From assembly GCF_019748365.1 (NCBI RefSeq), contig NZ_JAIEPN010000035.1, positions 46,911 through 110,910 on the forward strand: 64,000 nt of DNA. Reading direction: 5' to 3'. The position numbers and the translations under genes were made by a program. The stretch comes from Novosphingobium sp. GTDB lineage: Bacteria > Pseudomonadota > Alphaproteobacteria > Sphingomonadales > Sphingomonadaceae. The notes below the pieces were generated by a model. That model saw nothing but the letters and a program-made list of their open reading frames with translations. It was not told the DNA's origin and did no database searches. This document shows positions 20,637-30,401 of the stretch, piece by piece; the first letter of the stretch is position 1, and the number at the start of each line of letters is the position of its first letter.

Positions 20637-22077
20637 GCCAGCTACGCCCGTCGCGCTCGGTGAGAGCAATGCCGGCATTCGGCCCCCAGCTGCCGGCGGG
20701 ATAGGGCTTCACTTCAAGCTTGGTATCGGCCCAGACGCGGCGGATCGCATCGACCCAGGTCCACTGCGCCTCGACCTCGTCCCGCCGGACGAACAGCGTC
20801 TGCTCGCCCTCGATCAGATCGAGCAGCAGGCGTTCATAGGCAATGCGGCGGCGCGCCTTGGCAAAGGCAGTGGTGAGCGAGAGATCGAGATTGACCTCGC
20901 GCAGCACCACGCCGCCGCGATCGAGCCCCGGCTCCTTGGCCATGACCTGGAGGCGGACGTATTCCTCGGGCTGGAGGCGGATGACGAGGCGATTGGCCGC
21001 CAGCTTGCCGCCGCGCTGCGAGAAGATGTTGTGCGGCACGCCCTTGAACTGGACGACAATCTCGCTGCGCCGCTCGGCGAGCCGCTTGCCGTGTCGCAGA
21101 TAGAACGGCACGCCCTGCCAGCGCCAGTTGTCGACATGCGCCTTGATCGCGACATAGGTCTCGGTGTCTGACGCGCCGCCGAGATCGTCGAGATAACCCG
21201 TGACTGCACTGCCGCCCACCGCACCCGCGCCATATTGCCCGCGCACCATTTCCTCGGCCTTGACCGGGCGGAGCGCGCGCAGGACCTTGACCTTCTCGTC
21301 GCGGATCGAGGTGGCGTCGAACTCGACCGGGGGCTCCATCGCGGTGAGCGCGACGAGCTGGAGCATATGGTTCTGCACCATATCGCGCAGCGCGCCGGTA
21401 TCGTCGTAGAAGCCCTTGCGGCCTTCGAGGCCCACGGTTTCGCTGACGGTGATCTGCACGTGATCGATCCCGGCGCTGTTCCACAGCGGCTCGAACATCA
21501 TGTTGGCAAAGCGCAGGGCGAGGAGGTTCTGGACGGTTTCCTTGCCGAGGTAGTGATCGATGCGGAAGATCTGCCGCTCGCTGAAACCGGCCGCCACCGC
21601 GTCGTTGATGCGGCGGCTGGAGGCGAGATCATTGCCGAGCGGCTTTTCGAGGCCGATGCGCACGCCTTCATGGGCGAGGCCGGCGAGGCGCAGGCCCTCG
21701 ATGGTCGGCTCGAACAGCGCGGGCGCGGTCGAAAGGAAGATCGAGAGGCCGCACGAGGTATCGCCGAGCTTCTCGGCAAGCCCGGCAAAGCCTTCGGGCT
21801 TCGAGGCATCGAGCGTCTGGTATTCGAGCCGCTCGAGGAAGCTGGCCAGCCGCGTATCGTCGCGGCGGTCGGCGGGCAGGAACTCCAGCAGCGCCGCGCG
21901 CGCCATCTCGCGGAACTCGGCGTCATCATGGACCGAGCGCGCGGTGCCGACGATGCGCAAGGTGGGATCGATCAGGCCGTCTTCGTGCAGCGCATAGAGC
22001 GAGGGCAGCAGCATGCGCCGCGACAGATCACCGGTCGCGCCAAACAGGAGCAGGGCGGAACAGCTGGTGGCGGCCAT
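20629..22077 (-). CDS. zwf: Glucose-6-phosphate 1-dehydrogenase
   Basis: GATGDL, EKPLG, RIDHYLGKETVQN, RWQGVPFY. Confidence 0.96.
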   Translation of the reverse strand: MAATSCSALLLFGATGDLSRRMLLPSLYALHEDGLIDPTLRIVGTARSVHDDAEFREMARAALLEFLPADRRDDTRLASFLERLEYQTLDASKPEGFAGLAEKLGDTSCGLSIFLSTAPALFEPTIEGLRLAGLAHEGVRIGLEKPLGNDLASSRRINDAVAAGFSERQIFRIDHYLGKETVQNLLALRFANMMFEPLWNSAGIDHVQITVSETVGLEGRKGFYDDTGALRDMVQNHMLQLVALTAMEPPVEFDATSIRDEKVKVLRALRPVKAEEMVRGQYGAGAVGGSAVTGYLDDLGGASDTETYVAIKAHVDNWRWQGVPFYLRHGKRLAERRSEIVVQFKGVPHNIFSQRGGKLAANRLVIRLQPEEYVRLQVMAKEPGLDRGGVVLREVNLDLSLTTAFAKARRRIAYERLLLDLIEGEQTLFVRRDEVEAQWTWVDAIRRVWADTKLEVKPYPAGSWGPNAGIALTERDGRSWHD

Positions 22078-22157
22078 CTATGGCAAACTCCTCATCCGGG
22101 CTGCTTCACGAAAGCGCCCGAAGGCTCCCTAGACCCGAATGCCTTGGGCTTCAGCAC

Positions 22158-22170
22158 GCATAAGTATGCA
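22158..22170. promoter_or_regulatory. Putative LacI (MalR-type) operator upstream of zwf
   Basis: GCATAAGTATGCA, one mismatch to the palindrome GCATACGTATGC derived from sites at 33352 and 34614. Confidence 0.6.
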
Positions 22171-22188
22171 AGTTGGAATGGACAAGCG

Positions 22189-23097
22189 TCAGCGCCGAAA
22201 GAGCCAGGCGAAGATCTCCGGCAGGCGCGCGGCCCAGGCGTTTTCCTCGTGCTCGGCGCCCGGGTAGACGCGGCTCTCGAAATCGCTGCCGCGCCGCCAG
22301 CCCAGCCTGACGAACTCGGCGTCGATCGGTTCCTGATACGGCGCGTAGAAGGCATCGAGCGTGGCGGTGCCGTGGTCCATCCAGATGCGCCGACCTGCAG
22401 GCGCACCGAGCGTGCGGTCGAAGAAGCCGGTCCACACCGCGAGCGTATCGGGATTGTAGCCCTTCACCGTATCGGGGCCGATGGCCGGCCAGTGCGAGCT
22501 GGCGCAGGCGGCCTGCCCATAGACATCCGGGCGCGCGGTGATGGCGTAGCAGCTCATCAGGCCGCCCATGCTGGAGCCGGCGATGGCGGTATCATCACGG
22601 CCCGGGCGCGTGCGGAAGGAGGCATCGACCCAGCTCTTGAGCGGCCCTGCCAGCCAGGCGAGATAAGCGTCCGAGATCACAGGGCCGCCCGCGATCTCGT
22701 CCATCTTCGCCTTGAGCGCGGGCGGCGCCGCATCATAGGCCGGTCGCGGGAGATACTGGCGGAAGCGGTCCTTGCCAGGGGCCCAGATGCCGACGATGAT
22801 GCGGGGCTCGATCCCCTGCGCCATGACCTTGAGCATCGCCTTGTCGGCGGCCCAGATCTTGTTGAAATTGCTGTTCTTCAGGTCGAACAGATTGTGCCCG
22901 TCGTGCATGTAGAGGACGGGATAGCGCTTGGCGGACGCGTCATAGCCCGGCGGCAGCCAGATGGTGAGGCGCTGGGGCGGGAGGCCCGCCGCCTGCACTT
23001 CGGTATACTCGATGCGCCGCCCGGTATCCTCTTGCGCCGCCGCGAGCCCAGGCAGGAGCAGCGCGGCAAGCAGGAGGAGGAAGCGCCGCACGGTCAC
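22189..23097 (-). CDS. Secreted alpha/beta hydrolase (putative esterase)
   Basis: Signal peptide, YPVLYMHDG, GSSMGG nucleophile elbow, HEENAW; GTGA overlap with GH97. Confidence 0.8.
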   Translation of the reverse strand: MTVRRFLLLLAALLLPGLAAAQEDTGRRIEYTEVQAAGLPPQRLTIWLPPGYDASAKRYPVLYMHDGHNLFDLKNSNFNKIWAADKAMLKVMAQGIEPRIIVGIWAPGKDRFRQYLPRPAYDAAPPALKAKMDEIAGGPVISDAYLAWLAGPLKSWVDASFRTRPGRDDTAIAGSSMGGLMSCYAITARPDVYGQAACASSHWPAIGPDTVKGYNPDTLAVWTGFFDRTLGAPAGRRIWMDHGTATLDAFYAPYQEPIDAEFVRLGWRRGSDFESRVYPGAEHEENAWAARLPEIFAWLFRR

Positions 23098-25172
23098 TTG
23101 CCCCGATGGAGCCGGATCGCCGCACCGCCGCCGGGGGCGAGCCATAGCGGAAGCTTGTCGCCCTTCTTCACCGTCATCGTCGCATAGGCGATCCTGTGGC
23201 GGGCATCGGTTGCGTAAGTCGCCCCTTCCCCGTCCTTCCAGATCGTCGCGGTATAAGTCTTGCCCGCATCGAGGAAGTCCATCGCAAGCGTGAGATCACG
23301 CGCGGTGGCATCGTTGACGCCGCCGACATACCAGTCCTCACTGTTGCGGTCCTTGCGCGCGAAGATCGCGTAATCGCCTACTTCGCCCGCGATCAGATGG
23401 CTTTCCGACCAGTCGGCGGGGACGGCGCGGATGAATTCCAGCTCCTTCGGATGCGCGGCGAGGCTCTCGATGAAGTCCGAGGCCATCTGGATCGGCGAGT
23501 AGATCGCGAGGTAGAGGCCGAGCTGCTTGGCGAGCGTCGAGGCGAGCGGCACGTGGTTTGCGCCTTCGAGGCTGAGCATGCCGGGGGTGAAGTCCATCGG
23601 CCCCGAAAGCATGCGGGTATAGACCAGCGTGGGCTCGTGGTCCGGCCCGTTGGCGAACTCGCCCCAGGCATTGTATTCCATGCCGCGCGCGCCTTCGCGG
23701 TCGATCCAGTTGGGGTATGTGCGGCGAAGGCCCGTATCCTTGACCGGTTCGTGCGCATCAATGGCGACCTGATACTTCGCGGCGGTTTCGACGACCTTCA
23801 GGTGGTGCTGCACGGTACGCTGGCCTTCGTGCCATTCCATGCGCACTTCGCCGGGCTTGTCGCCGGGGGCAATGATCCCGCCCGCATCCGCCACGTAGCC
23901 GGTCTTGACCGAATGCATGCCGAGCGACTGGTAGAGCTTCATCGCCGGTTCGAGCTGGGCTTCGTAGTTGGCGATATTCCCGCCGGTCTCGTTGTGGCCG
24001 ATCAGCTGGACCTTGTTCTTCGCGGCATAAGCGGCGACCGCCTTGAGGTCGAAATCGGGCACCGCTTCGGTGAAGCTGAAGTCCTGCCCGTGGCCGAACC
24101 AGTCACCGTTCCAGCCCTTGTCCCAGCCTTCGACGAGCAGCCCGCCAAAGCCGTTCTTCGCGGCGAAATCGATGTACTGCTTCGCGCGCGCGGTCGTGGC
24201 GCCGTGGCGCGGACCTTCCGCCCATGTCCAGTCGCCGCGGATCATGCCCCACCAGATGCCGATGTACTTCATCGGCTTGAACCAGCTGACATCGCCGATC
24301 TTGTTGGGCTCGTTGAGATTGAGTTCGAGGTCGTTCTCGACAAGGCCCGCTGCGTTGTCGGCAATGCGGATCGTGCGCCAGGGGGTGTTGAACGGCAGAT
24401 CGCGGATCACCGCGGCGCCGCGCGAGGAAGGCGCGAGCGTCGAGCGGAACAGCCGGCCTTCGGCGCGCTTGAAGTACATCGCCGCATAATCGACCAGCGC
24501 GGCTTCGTGGAACGCGAGGTGCGTGCCATCATCGAGGCGCATGGTGATCGGGGTCTGCGCGGTGGCGACGGCATCGATCGGCGTGCGCTGGTAGATCTGC
24601 TCCTCGCGGTTCCACTCGAGCCCCGCGACCCAGAACGCGGTGCCCGGCTGCGCGACATCGAACTCGGTCCATTCGTCGCCGATCTTCAGCGTCTTGATGC
24701 CGGGTTGTTCGGGCAGCTCGTAGCGGAAGCCAAAGCCGTTATCGAACAGGCGGAAGCGCACGTTCATGCGGCGGCCAGCATAGTCCGCGTTCTGCTCGAA
24801 GCGGACGAGCACTTCGTTGTGATGATCGCGCACGAAGCGCCGCTCGCCCCAGGGCTGTTCCCAGGTGCTGTCGGCGCTCGCGGTTTCGGAACCGGTGATG
24901 CGGAAGCCGCGCACCAGATTGAGCCCGTCGGTCAGCGTGAAGCCGAGCTTGGAGGCGCCTATCAGCAACTTGCCCTTGCGCGAGAGCGAGTAGACCGGAC
25001 GATCTGCGCTGTCGGTGGTGACGGTGAGGACGAGGCTGCCATCGGGCGAGGCGGCGGTGACAACGGCCTTCTGCGGCGCGTTCTGCGCCTCTGCGGTGAG
25101 CGGGAGCAGCGTGGCAGCGGCCAGTGCCGCAAGCGCGGCCTTGCGGGTCAGATGGAACATCGGTCTGGTCAT
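23094..25172 (-). CDS. Glycoside hydrolase family 97 (SusB-like alpha-glucosidase)
   Basis: Signal peptide; LNLNEP, YIDFAA, VEGWDKGW, REGARGMEY, GPMDFTPG. Confidence 0.9.
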   Translation of the reverse strand: MTRPMFHLTRKAALAALAAATLLPLTAEAQNAPQKAVVTAASPDGSLVLTVTTDSADRPVYSLSRKGKLLIGASKLGFTLTDGLNLVRGFRITGSETASADSTWEQPWGERRFVRDHHNEVLVRFEQNADYAGRRMNVRFRLFDNGFGFRYELPEQPGIKTLKIGDEWTEFDVAQPGTAFWVAGLEWNREEQIYQRTPIDAVATAQTPITMRLDDGTHLAFHEAALVDYAAMYFKRAEGRLFRSTLAPSSRGAAVIRDLPFNTPWRTIRIADNAAGLVENDLELNLNEPNKIGDVSWFKPMKYIGIWWGMIRGDWTWAEGPRHGATTARAKQYIDFAAKNGFGGLLVEGWDKGWNGDWFGHGQDFSFTEAVPDFDLKAVAAYAAKNKVQLIGHNETGGNIANYEAQLEPAMKLYQSLGMHSVKTGYVADAGGIIAPGDKPGEVRMEWHEGQRTVQHHLKVVETAAKYQVAIDAHEPVKDTGLRRTYPNWIDREGARGMEYNAWGEFANGPDHEPTLVYTRMLSGPMDFTPGMLSLEGANHVPLASTLAKQLGLYLAIYSPIQMASDFIESLAAHPKELEFIRAVPADWSESHLIAGEVGDYAIFARKDRNSEDWYVGGVNDATARDLTLAMDFLDAGKTYTATIWKDGEGATYATDARHRIAYATMTVKKGDKLPLWLAPGGGAAIRLHRGK

Positions 25173-26797
25173 TCCTCGATCAGCAGGGCGCCGAATGGCG
25201 GCAGGGTGCCGGGGGCGGCGCCATTTACGGCGCTGAGAACACGGCCCGTAGGCGATGCGGCGGCAGGCCACGGCGCGGCGTGGTGCCCCATGTTGAACAC
25301 ACCGAGCACGCGCGAAGCTCCGGCGGTGCGACGGAACGCGAGCACGTTTCCTGCCGCATGCAGCAGAGTGAAATCGCCGGTGCGCAGCGCGGGGCTTGCC
25401 TTGCGCAGCGCGAGCAGCGCGCGCGTCAGATGCAGCAGTGAGGCGGGATCGGCCTCTTGCCGGTCGACCGCGCGGGTGTGGTTGTCATCCCCCAGCGGCA
25501 GCCACGGCTGGCCGGTGGTGAAGCCGCCCTGCTCGTCTTGTGCCTGCCATGGCAGCGGGGTGCGCGCGCCATCGCGCGAGAGAGTGAGGGGCCAGTTGGC
25601 GATCGCCTCGGGATCCTGAATCTGCTCGAAGGGAATATCGACCTGCGTCAGGCCGAGTTCCTCGCCTTGATAAATGATGATGTTACCGCGCAGCGCGGCA
25701 AGCAGCATGGCCTTCATCCGCCCGAAGGCCTCGACATCCTGCGGTGCGCACCAACGCGAGAGCGCGCGGGGGGCGTCGTGGTTCTCGAAGGCCCAGCTTG
25801 GCCAGCCCTTGCCCGGCGTATCGGGCCATTTGGCCTGCGTATCTGCCACGAGCTGAGGCGTCAGGCGGTCGGCATAGAGGAAGTCGAAGCCGTAGGCGCT
25901 GTTGAGGCGGTCATCCCCGGCAGTGAATTCCTGCATCTCGGTCTCGGCGAGATCGCCACCGACTTCGGCGAGCGTGAACACCGCGCCGTAGCGGTCGCAC
26001 AGGCTGCGCAGCCGCTCGATGAAGCCCACGATGCCGGGGTGAGACTGGTTGTAGATCTTGAGCTGGTAGTCGAACGGCCGGGTGCGGCGGCGGCCATCAT
26101 AGGGCGCGGGCGGATTGTTGCGCAGGCCCGGGTCGTGCATCAGGAAATTGAGCGCATCGATGCGGAAACCGTCGACGCCGCGGTCGAGCCAGAACTGCAT
26201 CACGCCCAGCAGCGCTTCCTGCACTGCCGGGTTGTGCGCGTTGATCTGCGGCTGGCTGCTGAGGAAATTGTGAAGGTAATACTGGCAGCGACGCGCATCC
26301 CACGTCCACGCCGGGCCGCCGAAGACCGACTGCCAGTTGCTGGGCGGCGAGCCATCCTCCTGCGGATCGGCCCAGACGTACCAGTCGGCGCGCGGGTTGT
26401 CGCGGCTCTGGCGGCTTTCCTCGAACCACGGATGCTGGTCCGAGGTATGGGCATAGACCTGATCGATCGTTACCTTGAGGCCGAGCTCATGCGCGCGGGC
26501 GACCATCCTGTCGAAGTCTGCCAGCGTGCCGAAGATCGGATCGACATCGCAGTAATCCGCCACGTCATAGCCGAAATCGCGCATCGGCGAAGTGAAGAAG
26601 GGCGAAACCCAGATCGCATCGACACCCAGCGCGGCGACATGATCGAGCCGCGCGGTGATCCCCGGCAGATCGCCGATCCCGTCGCCGTTCGCATCGCAGA
26701 AGCTGCGCGGATAGATCTGGTAGATGGCCGCACCGCGCCACCACGGGAGTTCCTGGGCGGCGGGTACGGGGTGGGCCTTGGCGGTCGCTTTGGTCAT
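25169..26797 (-). CDS. GH13 alpha-glucosidase
   Basis: WWRGAAIYQIYPRSF, DFGYDV, GFRIDALN, AEV, FENHD, IYQGEELG. Confidence 0.9.
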   Translation of the reverse strand: MTKATAKAHPVPAAQELPWWRGAAIYQIYPRSFCDANGDGIGDLPGITARLDHVAALGVDAIWVSPFFTSPMRDFGYDVADYCDVDPIFGTLADFDRMVARAHELGLKVTIDQVYAHTSDQHPWFEESRQSRDNPRADWYVWADPQEDGSPPSNWQSVFGGPAWTWDARRCQYYLHNFLSSQPQINAHNPAVQEALLGVMQFWLDRGVDGFRIDALNFLMHDPGLRNNPPAPYDGRRRTRPFDYQLKIYNQSHPGIVGFIERLRSLCDRYGAVFTLAEVGGDLAETEMQEFTAGDDRLNSAYGFDFLYADRLTPQLVADTQAKWPDTPGKGWPSWAFENHDAPRALSRWCAPQDVEAFGRMKAMLLAALRGNIIIYQGEELGLTQVDIPFEQIQDPEAIANWPLTLSRDGARTPLPWQAQDEQGGFTTGQPWLPLGDDNHTRAVDRQEADPASLLHLTRALLALRKASPALRTGDFTLLHAAGNVLAFRRTAGASRVLGVFNMGHHAAPWPAAASPTGRVLSAVNGAAPGTLPPFGALLIEE

Positions 26798-28641
26798 CGG
26801 GTCGTCTGGGTCCCTGGGGAGGAAGGGAGAAGGCGGCACACCGCGCTGCCGAACGCGGGGAGATCGAGCATGACGCTGCCCGGTGCGGCAATGCGCGCGG
26901 GGCAGGCGCCGAACAGCGTTTCAAGCTTTTCCGCCGAGGCACCGACCAGGCTTGCAGCATGGATCGGCGCATCGGAGGTGTTGAAAGCGATGAGATACTC
27001 GGCGCCGGTTTCCGGATCGAAGCGCGAGACGCTGAACAGACCGGGCGTTTCGGCATAGCCGCGCACCACCTGCCGTCCGCGTGCCAGCGCGGGATGCGCG
27101 GCGCGCAGGGCCGCAAGATCACGGATCAGCCGGTAGAAGGGGTGCGCGGGATCGAAGTGATCCGCAGCAGCCGGGCGGGTCGCTTCGAGAACGGGATTGT
27201 CGAGGTAGCTCGGCGTTTGCGAGGGGAACATGTCCTCGCGCGCGTCGGTATCGTTGCCATCGCCGACGAAGCCCTGCTCGTCGCCGTAGTAGATCACCGG
27301 CGAGCCGCGCAAGGTGAGCAGCATGACATGGGCGAGCCGGACGCGCGCCTCAAGTTCAGCCTGGCCGATGCCGGGGCGATCATGGCGGATCAGCGAGGAG
27401 AAGCGGCCCATGTCGTGATTGCCGAGGAACGTCGGCATGGCCAGCGCGGCCTGCTCGCCGCCTTCGTAGAGCACGTCGCCGTCGAACAGGTCAGCCAGCA
27501 TGCTGGTGCCCTTGCCCTGCCCCAGCACCGCGCGGACCGAGGCTTGGAACGCGAAATCGAGCACCGCCGGATAGCCATCGCGCCGGGTGTACTGCGCAAT
27601 GAAACCGTTGCTCGGCTCTTCCCGCGCGACTTCGCCGAAGATCGTGAAGTTCGGGATGCCCCTGGCTTTGGCGGCTTCAAGCATAGGCGGAATGAACGCC
27701 TGCCAGAAGCCGGGATCGACATGGCGCGCCGTGTCGATCCGGTAGCCGTCGATGCCGAAATCCTCGATCCATTGCTTGTAGATAGCGATCATGCCCTCGC
27801 GCACGCGCGGGTGTTCGGTGAACAGGTCATCCAGACCGACGAAATCACCGAAACGGCTGCTTTCGCCGGTAAAGGTGGTGTTGCCGCGGTTGTGGTAGAA
27901 CGCGGGATCGTTGAGCCAAGCGGGTACTTTCACGCGCTCTTCGCCAGCGGGGACGAAGGGCGTGTAAGCGAACGTGGGATCGGTGAGCTTGGCGAAGTTG
28001 GCGGGCGAGGAGTCCTCATCGCCGGCAAAACCGGGATTGATCGCCGGACCGCCCGTGCCGCCCTTGCGCGCATAAGGGTAGTCCGCGCGGGAGCGATAGG
28101 CATAGGGGACCGGACCGCCCTGCTCCCGGTACTGGATCACGTCCGCCGTGTGGTTGGCAATGATGTCCATGTAGACCTTGAGCCCGCGCGCATGGGCGGC
28201 ATCGACCAGCGCCTTGAAATCGGCATTGGAGCCGAAGTGCGGATCGACGCGGGTGAAATCGGTGATCCAGTAGCCGTGGTAGCCCGCGCTCTCCAGCCCG
28301 GGGCCGCCTTGCACCGGCTTGTTCTGGAACACCGGGCCGACCCAGACCGCGGTCGCGCCGAGGCCCTTGATGTAATCGAGCCGCTGGAGCAGCCCCTTGA
28401 GATCGCCGCCGTGGTAAAAGCTCTTGGTGGCGGGGTCGAAGCCGGTCTTGAGCCGATCGCCCTTGAGGCCCCCGCGATCATTGGCGGTATCGCCGTTCTC
28501 GAACCGGTCGGGCAGCAGAAAATAGATCACCTCGCCCGCTGCCGGACGCGCGCGAATGGCCTCGATCGGCACCTCGGCGCGGGCCGGCGCACTCGCCAGT
28601 GCCAGCGCAGCCAGCGCGGCAAGGCGGGCCGAGCGCTTCAT
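26794..28641 (-). CDS. Secreted GH13 alpha-amylase/cyclomaltodextrinase-like enzyme
   Basis: Signal peptide; YFLLPDRFENGD, YHGYW, DIIANH, GYRIDTARH, GEV, FLGNHD. Confidence 0.88.
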   Translation of the reverse strand: MKRSARLAALAALALASAPARAEVPIEAIRARPAAGEVIYFLLPDRFENGDTANDRGGLKGDRLKTGFDPATKSFYHGGDLKGLLQRLDYIKGLGATAVWVGPVFQNKPVQGGPGLESAGYHGYWITDFTRVDPHFGSNADFKALVDAAHARGLKVYMDIIANHTADVIQYREQGGPVPYAYRSRADYPYARKGGTGGPAINPGFAGDEDSSPANFAKLTDPTFAYTPFVPAGEERVKVPAWLNDPAFYHNRGNTTFTGESSRFGDFVGLDDLFTEHPRVREGMIAIYKQWIEDFGIDGYRIDTARHVDPGFWQAFIPPMLEAAKARGIPNFTIFGEVAREEPSNGFIAQYTRRDGYPAVLDFAFQASVRAVLGQGKGTSMLADLFDGDVLYEGGEQAALAMPTFLGNHDMGRFSSLIRHDRPGIGQAELEARVRLAHVMLLTLRGSPVIYYGDEQGFVGDGNDTDAREDMFPSQTPSYLDNPVLEATRPAAADHFDPAHPFYRLIRDLAALRAAHPALARGRQVVRGYAETPGLFSVSRFDPETGAEYLIAFNTSDAPIHAASLVGASAEKLETLFGACPARIAAPGSVMLDLPAFGSAVCRLLPSSPGTQTTR

Positions 28642-30188
28642 GCAGCAGCGCCCAGGTTGAGCGACGGCGCGGCGCAGTGGCGCGCGATGAAATCGGCGTG
28701 ACCGGGATAGCGCGCAACCTCGCGGGTATAGAGCGCGTTCAGCGTTTCGAGGTAGGACGTGAGGTCGGCCTCGTCGATCGTGTCTGCCAGCGCATGGCTG
28801 CGTTCGGGCACGATGCCCTGCCCGGCCATAACCTGGAACCAGCCCACTTCGCCGAACAGCTCGTCGCCATGGCGGAAGATGTGGCCATTGGCGCGGAACA
28901 GCTCGATCCGCTCGGCGAGGCTGTCGGGCAGCGGCATTTCGCGGCACGCCTGCCAGAACGGTTCGGGCCGCTGGTTCACGTGGTAGTGCAGCACGATGAA
29001 ATCGCGGATGCGCTCCATCTCGAACGTGAACTGACGGTTGTACTCGTCGCGCGCGACCTGCGTCTGGTCCTTGCCGGGGAGGAACTTGAGGATGCGCGAG
29101 ATGGCCGACTGGATGAGGTGAATGCTGGTCGATTCCAGCGGTTCGAGGAAGCCGCTGGAAAGGCCGACCGCGATCACGTTTCCGCGCCACGCCTCGGTGC
29201 GGCGTCCGGTGGTGAAGCGGATGGGGCGTGGATCGGCCAGCGCGGGCGCATCGAGATGCGCGAGCAGGCTCTCCGCCGCCTCGTCGTCCGAGGTGAAAGC
29301 GCTGCAATAGACGCGGCCGTTGCCGGTGCGATGCTGCAGCGGAATGCGCCATTGCCAACCTGCCGCGTGCGCGGTGGCGCGGGTATAAGGCGTGAAGTCT
29401 TCCACCCGCCCGCTCGGCACCGCCAGCGCGCGGTCGCAGGGCAGCCAGTTGGTCCAGTCGACATAACCCGCGCCCATGGTGCCGCCGATGAGGAGGCCGC
29501 GGAAACCGGTGCAATCGATGAAGAGGTCGCCGGAAATCTCTTCACCAGAGGCGAGGACAAGCGATGTGATGTCGCCGTTGAGCGGATCCTGCCGGACCTC
29601 GCCGATCCTGCCTTCGCGGCGCGTGACACCCCGGCTTTCCGCGAACTGGCGCAGGAAAGCGGCATAGAGCCCCGCATCGAAGTGGAAGGCATGCGGCATT
29701 TCGGGGACATTGCGGCTGGTAAGCGGCCCCCCGCGATGCATGCGCCCCGCGCGCGCGGCGACTTCGTTGATGGCATAATCGCCATGCGGGCCGGCAATGC
29801 CGAGACGGCGGCCGCGCGACCAGTAGTGATGGAAGGCGCAAAGCCCGAGATCGCGGCCGACATCGCCGAAGGCGTGCATGTAGCGCTCGCCCGGTGCGCC
29901 CCAGCCAACGAACTCGATCGCCAGCTTGAAGGTCGCCTGCGTCGCGCGGATAAAGGCATCTTCATCGAGGCCGAGCGCCTGGTTGAACATGCGGATCTGG
30001 GGGATCGTTGCTTCGCCAACGCCGACTGTGCCGATCTCTTCGGATTCGACTAGCGTGACGGTGAAGCCGGTATCAAGGAAGTGCCCGAAGGCTGCCGCTA
30101 CCATCCACCCGGCCGTGCCGCCGCCAGCCACGACGATGCGCACCGGACCGGGGTCACTCGCGCTGCCGCTGGTCTCAGTGCTGCTCAT
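28638..30188 (-). CDS. Tryptophan halogenase family flavoprotein
   Basis: GGGTAG, GVGEATIP, ATFKLAI (catalytic Lys), WQWRIP, FLEPLEST. Confidence 0.9.
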   Translation of the reverse strand: MSSTETSGSASDPGPVRIVVAGGGTAGWMVAAAFGHFLDTGFTVTLVESEEIGTVGVGEATIPQIRMFNQALGLDEDAFIRATQATFKLAIEFVGWGAPGERYMHAFGDVGRDLGLCAFHHYWSRGRRLGIAGPHGDYAINEVAARAGRMHRGGPLTSRNVPEMPHAFHFDAGLYAAFLRQFAESRGVTRREGRIGEVRQDPLNGDITSLVLASGEEISGDLFIDCTGFRGLLIGGTMGAGYVDWTNWLPCDRALAVPSGRVEDFTPYTRATAHAAGWQWRIPLQHRTGNGRVYCSAFTSDDEAAESLLAHLDAPALADPRPIRFTTGRRTEAWRGNVIAVGLSSGFLEPLESTSIHLIQSAISRILKFLPGKDQTQVARDEYNRQFTFEMERIRDFIVLHYHVNQRPEPFWQACREMPLPDSLAERIELFRANGHIFRHGDELFGEVGWFQVMAGQGIVPERSHALADTIDEADLTSYLETLNALYTREVARYPGHADFIARHCAAPSLNLGAAA

Positions 30189-30352
30189 CGCAGGCTCCCT
30201 GTGGTCCGAATGATGGGGCGGTCCGGATGGTGAATCTCGCCACCGCTTGGCAGTCCGCCGCGAAGGCAGACGCGGCGCGGCGGGCGCGGCTGACCGAAGT
30301 GCGGGCAACCAGCCAAGGTGTCTTGTTGGTTTCAGGCATCGGCGGAGGGTAC

Positions 30353-30386
30353 CGGGCGGATGGACTTGCAGCAAGCCATCCGCCCG
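30353..30386. terminator. Strong stem-loop just downstream of the TBDR gene
   Basis: CGGGCGGATGG-A-CTTG-CAG-CAAG-CCATCCGCCCG. Confidence 0.6.
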
Positions 30387-30401
30387 AACCCCGCATAGGT
30401 A

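Noticed and set aside
17182-22077. ED operon lacks eda
   Set aside because: zwf-pgl-edd-glk without eda is common in this lineage; eda is probably elsewhere
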